In this document: piece by piece, positions 6,811 through 15,243 of the stretch | Layout of the letters: every line of letters begins with the position of its first letter | How positions within the stretch are numbered: position 1 is the stretch's first letter | Origin: a virus | Lineage: Duplodnaviria > Caudoviricetes | IMG/VR virus record: IMGVR_UViG_3300017778_001897 | Location: 1-27,205 of that record | Reading direction: 5' to 3' (one strand) | Length of the DNA stretch: 27,205 bases | Notes under the pieces: model-generated | Seen by the model: only the letters and a program-made list of their open reading frames with translations | Database searches by the model: none | Told to the model about the DNA's origin: nothing | Translations under genes and position numbers: made by a program

Positions 6811-7958
6811 TATTGTGCAAGTCCAAATGCAGTAGAAACACCCATACCTTGACCATTTGCTTGACCATATAAAGTATTAGAAGCAAATACGGTATATTGC
6901 GATTCTGCTATTTTTATAATAGAAAAATTATATGCATCATAGGTCATTGCTTGTGATGCAGAAGAATAATAGATGGGTTGCGTGTTACCTGCCCAATATG
7001 CTGTTTGTAGCACACCATCAATATGCACGTTAGCACGCCAACGTGTCGAACCCTGTTTAAGTAAAATAGATGTTGAAACTGATTGACCAATACTTAACAT
7101 CTGATTCAATGTGTGTGTATTATTTGCAATCATATTGAAAGTAACATGACCAGCAGTATTTGCAATGGTATGATATACGGTGCTGTTTGCCAAATGTAAA
7201 CTATAATTACCACTGAGTGAACCAGTTATAACATTGATTGTTTCTGCAAGACGAACTGTTGAAATCGTAAGATTGGATGATAGAACACCAGAGGTTACAC
7301 CACCACCCGCAAAGTTATTTGAACTGATTGCACCAGTGCCAATCAAATTACCTGTGATAGAAAGTGCAACAATACTGTTACTAGCATTAATAGAATTAAT
7401 ACCAATCAAATTACCAGTGATTGCACCCACAACGATATTGTTGGATGCCACAGCAGTATCAGCAATTAAGTTACCTGTAATTGGTTGTGCAAAGTTATTA
7501 CCTGTGATTGCCCCAAGACCAATTTGGTTACCCGATACTGCTTGTGTAGCAATTAAGTTACCTGTAATTTGACCAACAACAATGTTATTACCACGAATAG
7601 AATTCAGACCAAGTTTATTACCAGTGATAGTATTTTCTACTAACTTTGTTCCAGCGATGCTGCCATCAACTAACTGAGCTGAAGTAATTTGGTTGAAGTA
7701 TACAATCGTTGAGGATTTCATCCCAACTTGAATATTGTTTGCACCAACGGAAGGTGCTTCGGTAAATGTAATTAACCCACTTGCTACGTCATACGAAGCG
7801 TAGGGTTCTTGTTGTACGTTATTTACGAGAACTTCCAAATAGTTTGGATCACTAATTGGTTGTGATATCGTAAACTGTGTACATGCTCCAGTACCATTAA
7901 ACTTTTGGTATACTAGAGTATTGAAACCTATTTCTGGTTCATTTCCAATGTAAGCCAT
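6810..7958 (-). CDS. MAYIGN-family fibre adaptor/short fibre protein, cassette 1
   Basis: 382 aa; MAYIGNEP start, FNGTG...VLVNNVQQEP..SY.V.SG.ITFTEAP..G module, about 13 decapeptide xxITGNxIxx repeats, C-terminal domain paralogous to 4498-5322 (IGQSVS, ANVHIDG, GNTQP, YTVFASN). Confidence 0.7.
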   Translation of the reverse strand: MAYIGNEPEIGFNTLVYQKFNGTGACTQFTISQPISDPNYLEVLVNNVQQEPYASYDVASGLITFTEAPSVGANNIQVGMKSSTIVYFNQITSAQLVDGSIAGTKLVENTITGNKLGLNSIRGNNIVVGQITGNLIATQAVSGNQIGLGAITGNNFAQPITGNLIADTAVASNNIVVGAITGNLIGINSINASNSIVALSITGNLIGTGAISSNNFAGGGVTSGVLSSNLTISTVRLAETINVITGSLSGNYSLHLANSTVYHTIANTAGHVTFNMIANNTHTLNQMLSIGQSVSTSILLKQGSTRWRANVHIDGVLQTAYWAGNTQPIYYSSASQAMTYDAYNFSIIKIAESQYTVFASNTLYGQANGQGMGVSTAFGLAQ

Positions 7959-8290
7959 TAACTAACCTCTAAAACAGATACGATAACATCGGCAGATGTA
8001 GCAGTCCCCATTTGAACTTGTAATCTATCGCCTGCTTCTAGCACAAGTTTTTGGTCACCACCGACAGGAACTAGAGCACCACCAGGAGCAATCGTTGCGT
8101 TCTTTATCATAAACAATGTATTTGACGCAGTTGAATTAAACACCATGACATTTGCAGAAATCGGTGTGGTGATGAGATTAGAAACACTCATACCAATGAC
8201 AGTTGCAGATGTTAATGCTGGCACAGTGTAAACATCCACCGAAGATGTTCCAACCGAACCAGCAAAATAATTTTTAAAATTGTTAGCCAT
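7958..8290 (-). CDS. Conserved small beta-rich virion protein (MANxFK...YTVP...KLVLEAGD family)
   Basis: 110 aa; MANNFKN...VYTVPALTSATVIG..VSN...IKNATIAPGGAL...KLVLEAGDRLQV...ADVIVSVLE; SD GAGGA at 8296-8300; TAATG overlap with the next gene. Confidence 0.65.
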   Translation of the reverse strand: MANNFKNYFAGSVGTSSVDVYTVPALTSATVIGMSVSNLITTPISANVMVFNSTASNTLFMIKNATIAPGGALVPVGGDQKLVLEAGDRLQVQMGTATSADVIVSVLEVS

Positions 8291-8303
8291 TAATGTCCTC
8301 TGA

Positions 8304-8849
8304 TTATCCTAATGCTATAGCAAATGCAATTGCTGAATCTTGTATTGCTGAAATTGAACTGTATATTTTAGTATTTGCTGCTCCACTCATTATTGCTACA
8401 TTTGCATTTGCGAGTGTGGAGATTCCACCAACATATAAAGTTTCTGCGATATTTGCCGAACCTGATATAGTTAGGTCATCAAATCCTATTGAATCAAGAA
8501 CGATATTACCAGTGACATTTACATTACCAGTAACAAATAAATCTTGTCCAACATAAACATTCGATGTAACATTGAGTGTTGCGACATTACCTGGAATAGT
8601 AATATTACTTCCAGTGAAACTAATGTTGGCAATGTTCGCAGTGTTGGCTTGAAGAGTGTTAATGTTCGCACGTGTCTTTACATTCAGACTAGCAGTATTA
8701 GCATCACCAGAAACTTCAATATTGGTGTTCGCAACAAAAGTCGAACCATTGCCATCAGTGAAAAGATTAACTGTGCCAATTACAGCATCAGTAGATGACA
8801 TCCACTGTAGAAATGTATTCGAGGTCGTTACTCTATTGATTGCTGCCAT
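8304..8849 (-). CDS. Short fibre/connector protein with beta-repeat shaft and C-terminal AIAFAIALG motif
   Basis: 181 aa; N-terminal NTFLQW motif, Asn/Val/Thr-rich beta repeats (LFVTGNVNVTGNI), terminal DSAIAFAIALG. Confidence 0.6.
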   Translation of the reverse strand: MAAINRVTTSNTFLQWMSSTDAVIGTVNLFTDGNGSTFVANTNIEVSGDANTASLNVKTRANINTLQANTANIANISFTGSNITIPGNVATLNVTSNVYVGQDLFVTGNVNVTGNIVLDSIGFDDLTISGSANIAETLYVGGISTLANANVAIMSGAANTKIYSSISAIQDSAIAFAIALG

Positions 8850-8850
8850 C

Positions 8851-9075
8851 TTATGTTCTCATCTTTACAAGTTCATGAAGCATTGATTTGATTTCCGTTA
8901 TATCGTCTTCTAGTTTATTTACTTTGGTTTTCAGTTCCAACTCTTCTTCTTGCTTTCGTTTTGCCAGTTCTCTACGAAGTTTATACTCTTCTAGTCCTGC
9001 TCTGTCTCTATTTAGAATAGCTCTGGTAGAGATATCCCGAATTAGATTCTTTTCACCATCTATTTGAACGTACAT
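8851..9075 (-). CDS. Small coiled-coil protein typically following DUF4815/VrlC genes
   Basis: 74 aa; LIRD..TRAILN.D...LEEYK then heptads VNKLEDDITEIKSMLHEL; abuts both neighbours within 1-2 nt. Confidence 0.65.
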   Translation of the reverse strand: MYVQIDGEKNLIRDISTRAILNRDRAGLEEYKLRRELAKRKQEEELELKTKVNKLEDDITEIKSMLHELVKMRT

Positions 9076-9077
9076 AA

Positions 9078-12000
9078 TTATCCTCTAGGCAAAGCAATTG
9101 CACGAAGTTCCTTGAAACGTGGAACATCCACTGTGCTTTGTCCGTAAAGAACCACTTTGATTGCAAAAGTTCTAAAGTCTGAGAATGAAGTTGACCCTGA
9201 AGTGTAACTAATATAATTGTTGGCAACATTGTTGATACCAGGAGCAAATGTCAGTTCACGATAATCACTTTCATTTGCCGAAACAAATGTAGTATTATTC
9301 AGTTGTGTCATCATAGCATAGTTTTTGTCTTCAAATGTTTCTGAATCTCCAGTTGAAAGAACTTTGTAGTATACTTGAATGCCAGACAGTGGAGGCAGAT
9401 AAGCCGTTAGATAAACTCGTAAGTCTTCCGAATCAAAACCCTCTGCCAAAGTAACTTGTTTTGTAAAGTAACGAATTGCAGAAGGACCACCTGACCTCTT
9501 ATCTTCACCATTAAATGACACAACTGCACCCGAACCACCACCATCACCAGGAGTAATTGTGATTGTTGGTGAAGTTGTATATCCAGTTCCAGGAGATGTA
9601 ATATGAACTGCACTGATTACATTGCTTGTAACTGTAGCAACCGCCGCAGCACCCACACCACCACCACCAGAAATAGTTACGACAACATCGGCCGAATTGG
9701 CATATCCAGTTCCACCGTTCGAAAGAACCACACCCGAATTAGATAGTGGTAGATTGTTGATTTTGTTTTCAACGATTAACCAATTCAATCGTGTCTTATC
9801 AATCATTGGTGATATATCTCTACTTTGAGTTGCCATCGTAGCACGAATCTTAACAGTGGTATTACCAGTTGTTTTGTTTATAACACGACGATCATATCCA
9901 TCCACCATACGATAATCAACAAATGGAACTATAGGTAGAAATGGGTGAGTGGTATTAGCAGTAAATTGCTGTGATATAAACTCATAATTGACTGAAGTGT
10001 TTGCGAGAACCACATCAGTAGTCATGAAGTGTGCCAAGTCATATGGAGTATCGGCAGCAAGGTATGATGTATCTACTTCAAAATGTGCGAGAGCAGTAGA
10101 AGTCGTAAATACTTTTTTGTGCAAACTAAACAACATTGCAGTTGCTGGTGTTGGAATCCACGTTGAACCGTTTTGCGATTCAAACAATGAACCAATATAT
10201 GGAAGAGCACTAATATTGTTGTTATCTATAAAATTCCTTTCATCTTTCTTAGCACAATATAAAAAATATGAATTAGAATTAGACACAAATACAACTGAAT
10301 GTTCACCAGGTTGTAAGAAGATTGGAGCATCAAATACAAACTCGGTGTATTTGGTCGCATCTTCCAAATCAGGTTTTGAATTTGGTGCAACTGTATTTAC
10401 TTTATCAGGTGTCAAAGTTACAGTAGCAAACGGATAGACTGTTCCCGATGATGGGAATCCATTCACCGTTGGTCTAATTTGCATTGTGACAGGAACTGAA
10501 ACATCCTTTGTTTGGAAACACACACGAACACTAGACAAGAACATACCTTGTGGATATTGGTTAGAACTTATTAAGAAGTTTTGAGCCAACGGATCGTAAT
10601 ATGTCTGGATTTGTTTTGTTGAAGTGCTTGAGTTCTGTTTAATCGAACTTCTCTCACTGGTTCTCTCTTCAGAAACACTGCTTCTAACTACAGATGGAAC
10701 GAATACAGAAATAGACTGTTCCTGAACTGTTTGTATAACACCTTGTGAGAAGAAGGTAGCATCACCATTAGTTACTGATGATTCAACCAATCCAGTTTGA
10801 ACGTCGATCATTCTGAAGTTTTTTTCACCAACACGGAATATATCTCCAGGAATACTGAATACAACTGATATTGCACCCTCTTCTGTTGTCTGTGGTCTTC
10901 CAATTGTGTAGTTAGAAGTTGCATCAGGAACAGTAGTCCACGGTGACGATACTGTCAACGTGCGTGTTGTTGCATTGTAGTCAGAAATAGTTCGTTGTTG
11001 ACCAGCACCAGTGCCACTACCAATTGTAACCGTTTGACTTTGATAATTAGTTTTTGTGGCATTTGTTGCACTACCAGCATGATAATCCAAAACCATTGCT
11101 GTGCTATTTGCCGAAATAGCAAATCCACTGAAGTGCTGCCATCCAGATAAATTTGCCACTGTGCCAGTTATAGCACCAACAACTTGAACATTTGAATAAC
11201 CAGCCCATGTTCCAACACCAGCAACAGTATCAATATTAACAATGAATCCATTGTTGTTAGATGTTTGAATAATAAAACCAGTTCCTAATGTAACATTGGT
11301 ATCTGAAGTTCTAAATGTAACTTGTTCTGAATCACCCACAATTGTTTGAAACTGTAGGTTATTGTTTGCAAACTTAAATTGATTGACGTTAGTAATATAT
11401 TGCGACACATCAACATTATCAAAGAATGAAAATAGTGGTGTGAGGGGTTTAAATCCAGTTCCAGTAACCAGAATAGTTTTTGCTCTCATGTAAGGAATAA
11501 TACTCACATCAACAACTTTATCACCCAACGATTTTGTTAAAGTTGTTGGAACAATTTGTGACAGAATACCTGAACGTGCTTCATTTGTAGTTATAGTCTC
11601 CAATGATGCAGAAGTAGTTGTAAGAGTTTCCTCAGAAAACCTAGACCTGCTTCCCTTACCAGCTTTTTGATCTATACCTTTTGAAACTGCTTCTGCTTTA
11701 CTAATCTGTTGTCTAGCTGATGTTGTTCTTTCAGTTCCAGGAATTACATTAGTTTCTACACCTGTCCATGTGGTTTGCCATGCACCCCACGATGTGCTTT
11801 GAATTGATGACCATGCATCTGCTGCTGCTGACCCACCAGTTAAATCAACAACTTGAGATTCAACTCTTGTTTGTGAATTCCAAACATCAGATGAGGGGAA
11901 AAGATTTAGTTTACCAAGATAGTTAATAAAGTTAAATGGATTGACATTAATTGTTTTGGATGCCAATGGTTGAGACAACCAAGTTTCAGTAGTCGAAGAA

Positions 12001-15000
12001 CATGTTATCATCGGTCCACTATATTCAACATTAACATCATTTACTGCTGTAGTATTTGCAGTATCGGTATTCGAGAAAACTCCAACCGCTGTGATATTAT
12101 ACGAACCACGTGCTTCATTATTAACGATATCAATGGCGGCAGCAAAATCACGACCAGTTACTTCAGCAACCGATTTATCTACAAATGAATCAACAACAAT
12201 ACCATTTTTGAATCGTGGTAAGTTTTGTGAATCAAGAATGGACAAATCTTGTTTACCCATCGTTGCTATCTCAAGCAATGATAGGGATGTATAATACTCC
12301 AGATTTTCAATACGTTTTTCCAATCCACCAATGTCCTTCATCGTATATCGTTTATTACGAAGACGTTGAATTTGTGTTGTGAAAGGATATTGTAAGTATG
12401 CAGGATAATTTAAAACATAAAGAGTCATTGCATCTTTAGGTTCTACTGGAGCAACAGGATTAACTCCTGGAATGCCAGGCAACACTTGAAGTTTTCTATC
12501 TGTAGTGAGAACAACTCTATCAACACGTGGCAGATAGTAACTGTAACTTATAATAAAGTCACTAGTATTCAAAGGAACTTTTGGTCCAGTTGTAGTTTCG
12601 TTGACATCAAACACAAAATTATTTGCCGAGTATTCAGTTGTTGCATCTTGACGAACTGGTCTAAAGTCTAAAGAATTTCTAAGAGATAATCTCCCACCAG
12701 TTTTTGATGAGTATTGTGGGATTTCACCGTAGGTATAATTACCGTCACCCAATCGTGTATACGAATCCACATTGAAGAAACCAGCACCCGATGATGTAAA
12801 TCTATTGTAACGAACTAGCAGAGGACCAACTGGTGCAGTTTGTCCAGGAAGTAATCTAATTGCACCCCAATCGTAATAGGAATCTTTTTGTCCAGTGACC
12901 AACGCATAACGTGATGTTACATTGATTGCCGAACCAGAATTTGCTGTGGTGATTTCTGTATTACTATAATCAAAAATAGCATTGATACAGTGTATATCAG
13001 TTACATATAAAGTCTGATCCACACCAGGAGTTTTGTTGACTAATCTTTGTGCAATATGAGTTTGTCCATGTGGAATGAACACATATGCCGAAGTATTGCT
13101 CGAACCAAAAACTGAGTTAGCAACAACCTGAGTCTGAACAGCAGTATTTGCACGAATGTATGTTTTGGTTTTTGATGTCGGATTGGTTGAACTAATTGTA
13201 GCGTATAGATTGACAGTCATGTTACCACCACCGAACACAGAGATAGTTCGTGCTGTTGTATCTACAGTAAATTGTCCCGAAGGAACTAATTGACCTACTT
13301 TATATCCACCATCAGGTCCAGAATTAGTTCCTGCTGCGGTACACACTAATGTATAGAATTCCGATTTGGCAGTATTGGTTGTTGCTGTTACGAGAGTTTC
13401 ACCCGAACCAACAGTGAGTGCTGTTGTAACACCAGCAGCCAAAGACACTCCCTGATACAATCTCTCATACTCATAATTAAAGAATGAAGTAGAATTGTCT
13501 GAAACATTTGAATCACCTAAATCAAAAATCATAGATTCAAATTGTGGTTCTGAAACGTATGCTGGTGTATACAATGATGCTACATCTTTAGAATACACAT
13601 GCACATTAGCACCAGCGACACGTGTAGTTCCAGAATAAACTGCTAAAGATTCTGCCTGACCAAAATCAAAATCAATTACAAAACGAGATTGTGTATTGAT
13701 TGCAGCAGAGAAAGCAGTATCAACAACTATATTACGAGTAGCACCTTCATACGAAGCAATCTTTCTAGTTCCATCCGTAGAACCAGGACCAGATGTCATT
13801 CTAATTATTGCGCCCTGATATGCTTGGTCTGTTGTTGAAAAAAATCCAGGTAATGTGAATGTTGTGGTATTGCCAGCAGCAGCAATAGCATATCCACCAG
13901 AGTTGGATGTTGTGGCATCGAATAATGAACCAGTATTGATGTCAGCAACATAAACTGCATAGACAAAAGCACCACCATTTGATGCATTTGATGTTGAATC
14001 AAACGACATCGCTTTAATTTTGGCAGTTCCAATTTTTGTATTTGCCAGAAGAAGAGTATTACTAGTATTAATTGATGCTGCATCAACGCAATGAATATCT
14101 ACCGTTCCATACAGATTGGTTGGGAGGGTGTTGAACAAGTTATTGGCATAGATGTATCCACCATAACTTGAACTCAATCTCTTATTATCAACATTTGCTT
14201 TGGTTCGTGGTTTGGGAACAGTTAGTATTGTTGACGATATCGTGCTGAACTCATACCCTTTAACATAGGCTTTACCAGGAGATAGAGTAATATTCAATTG
14301 TGCAGTATTACTTGCATTGGTATCCAATCCAACATCAAATTGTCTGACGATATAATCACCCGATTCATCGAAGGTTCTACGAGCAATCGTTTCTTCAATC
14401 TTACCCCATATTGGAGTTTCTACGGATGAAATCAATTGTCCATTAATAACTCTTGCGATTTCAATAAACTGTGTCTTATCAGTGCTGTCAACAGGACGAG
14501 TATTTAAAGTCAGTTCAATATTAAAACGGTCGGCACCTGGTGCTTGAAAGTTTGATGCATCTTGAGCAGGATCAAGCAACGAAGTATCTTGACTATTATT
14601 AACAATGGTTTCAGTGACATCGTAACCAATTAATGCATTTCCAGTTGTGCTATATTTGTTAATAGCGACTGAAGAATCTTGAGTCGTAATGAAGTATCCA
14701 CCATAGTAATAAACACCAGCAGTAACAGACCATGCTTGGCAATTACCCATTGCACCATTTGAAGTTGTATTTGCATAGTAAGTAATTGATTCTACATCAG
14801 TATTTGGTGTGTAGAATGTTTCTGTGTTTCCAAATGGGCTGCCAAATATTTGATTAACAATTAGAGTGATGGGTTGTCCATTTGCTGTAACTGAATCGTA
14901 ACTTTTAATTACATATGCTCGTTTCGTATTTGCTTCATTCTGAATAATTTTGCCTTCGAAATTTATAGCAGCAATATCAGTTGAAGAATAAGTCGAAGCA

Positions 15001-15233
15001 ACATTAATATATTGAACAGTCTGAAAGTTGTTTTTACCACCAGTGACTATCGAACCAGATTGAAAAATATAATCACCAAACTTATTAATTTGGTCTTGTA
15101 GGATTGTTTGTTGTTGAGTTAGTTCACGTGCCTGTACAGCATATCCAGGTTTGAAGAGTATGCGATGATAATTCTTCGCATCATCGAAATCATCATAATA
15201 GGGGTCTATATTAAAATTTGTATTAATAGCCAT
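9078..15233 (-). CDS. Large virion structural protein, DUF4815 / VrlC-like
   Basis: 2051 aa; N-terminus NFNIDPYYDDFD.AKNYHRILFKPGYAVQARELTQ.QTILQ.QI, plus APGADR, ARRTFDESGDY, PGKAYVKGYE, YYLPRVD, RYTMKDIG.LEKRIENLEYYTSLSLLE, RFKNG..VD.F, DPLAQ.F and terminal F..FAIKVVL...VPRF.ELRAIAL; follows gp8 as in T4-like cyanophages. Confidence 0.85.
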   Translation of the reverse strand: MAINTNFNIDPYYDDFDDAKNYHRILFKPGYAVQARELTQQQTILQDQINKFGDYIFQSGSIVTGGKNNFQTVQYINVASTYSSTDIAAINFEGKIIQNEANTKRAYVIKSYDSVTANGQPITLIVNQIFGSPFGNTETFYTPNTDVESITYYANTTSNGAMGNCQAWSVTAGVYYYGGYFITTQDSSVAINKYSTTGNALIGYDVTETIVNNSQDTSLLDPAQDASNFQAPGADRFNIELTLNTRPVDSTDKTQFIEIARVINGQLISSVETPIWGKIEETIARRTFDESGDYIVRQFDVGLDTNASNTAQLNITLSPGKAYVKGYEFSTISSTILTVPKPRTKANVDNKRLSSSYGGYIYANNLFNTLPTNLYGTVDIHCVDAASINTSNTLLLANTKIGTAKIKAMSFDSTSNASNGGAFVYAVYVADINTGSLFDATTSNSGGYAIAAAGNTTTFTLPGFFSTTDQAYQGAIIRMTSGPGSTDGTRKIASYEGATRNIVVDTAFSAAINTQSRFVIDFDFGQAESLAVYSGTTRVAGANVHVYSKDVASLYTPAYVSEPQFESMIFDLGDSNVSDNSTSFFNYEYERLYQGVSLAAGVTTALTVGSGETLVTATTNTAKSEFYTLVCTAAGTNSGPDGGYKVGQLVPSGQFTVDTTARTISVFGGGNMTVNLYATISSTNPTSKTKTYIRANTAVQTQVVANSVFGSSNTSAYVFIPHGQTHIAQRLVNKTPGVDQTLYVTDIHCINAIFDYSNTEITTANSGSAINVTSRYALVTGQKDSYYDWGAIRLLPGQTAPVGPLLVRYNRFTSSGAGFFNVDSYTRLGDGNYTYGEIPQYSSKTGGRLSLRNSLDFRPVRQDATTEYSANNFVFDVNETTTGPKVPLNTSDFIISYSYYLPRVDRVVLTTDRKLQVLPGIPGVNPVAPVEPKDAMTLYVLNYPAYLQYPFTTQIQRLRNKRYTMKDIGGLEKRIENLEYYTSLSLLEIATMGKQDLSILDSQNLPRFKNGIVVDSFVDKSVAEVTGRDFAAAIDIVNNEARGSYNITAVGVFSNTDTANTTAVNDVNVEYSGPMITCSSTTETWLSQPLASKTINVNPFNFINYLGKLNLFPSSDVWNSQTRVESQVVDLTGGSAAADAWSSIQSTSWGAWQTTWTGVETNVIPGTERTTSARQQISKAEAVSKGIDQKAGKGSRSRFSEETLTTTSASLETITTNEARSGILSQIVPTTLTKSLGDKVVDVSIIPYMRAKTILVTGTGFKPLTPLFSFFDNVDVSQYITNVNQFKFANNNLQFQTIVGDSEQVTFRTSDTNVTLGTGFIIQTSNNNGFIVNIDTVAGVGTWAGYSNVQVVGAITGTVANLSGWQHFSGFAISANSTAMVLDYHAGSATNATKTNYQSQTVTIGSGTGAGQQRTISDYNATTRTLTVSSPWTTVPDATSNYTIGRPQTTEEGAISVVFSIPGDIFRVGEKNFRMIDVQTGLVESSVTNGDATFFSQGVIQTVQEQSISVFVPSVVRSSVSEERTSERSSIKQNSSTSTKQIQTYYDPLAQNFLISSNQYPQGMFLSSVRVCFQTKDVSVPVTMQIRPTVNGFPSSGTVYPFATVTLTPDKVNTVAPNSKPDLEDATKYTEFVFDAPIFLQPGEHSVVFVSNSNSYFLYCAKKDERNFIDNNNISALPYIGSLFESQNGSTWIPTPATAMLFSLHKKVFTTSTALAHFEVDTSYLAADTPYDLAHFMTTDVVLANTSVNYEFISQQFTANTTHPFLPIVPFVDYRMVDGYDRRVINKTTGNTTVKIRATMATQSRDISPMIDKTRLNWLIVENKINNLPLSNSGVVLSNGGTGYANSADVVVTISGGGGVGAAAVATVTSNVISAVHITSPGTGYTTSPTITITPGDGGGSGAVVSFNGEDKRSGGPSAIRYFTKQVTLAEGFDSEDLRVYLTAYLPPLSGIQVYYKVLSTGDSETFEDKNYAMMTQLNNTTFVSANESDYRELTFAPGINNVANNYISYTSGSTSFSDFRTFAIKVVLYGQSTVDVPRFKELRAIALPRG

Positions 15234-15243
15234 TAACTAACCT

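Larger units (their letters stand above)
4989..7625. repeat. Near-identical 49-bp direct repeat shared by the two MAYIGN paralogs (4989-5037 and 7577-7625)
   Basis: 28-bp perfect match caacaatgttattaccacgaatagaatt, 6 nt with 4 mismatches, then 15-bp perfect match aagtttattaccagt; offset 2588 bp; same codon register in both genes. Confidence 0.9.

Noticed and set aside
4989-7625. Repeat pair as template/variable regions of a diversity-generating retroelement or invertible segment
   Set aside because: Mismatches are not adenine-specific, both copies are mid-gene and direct, and no reverse transcriptase or recombinase is present in the window.
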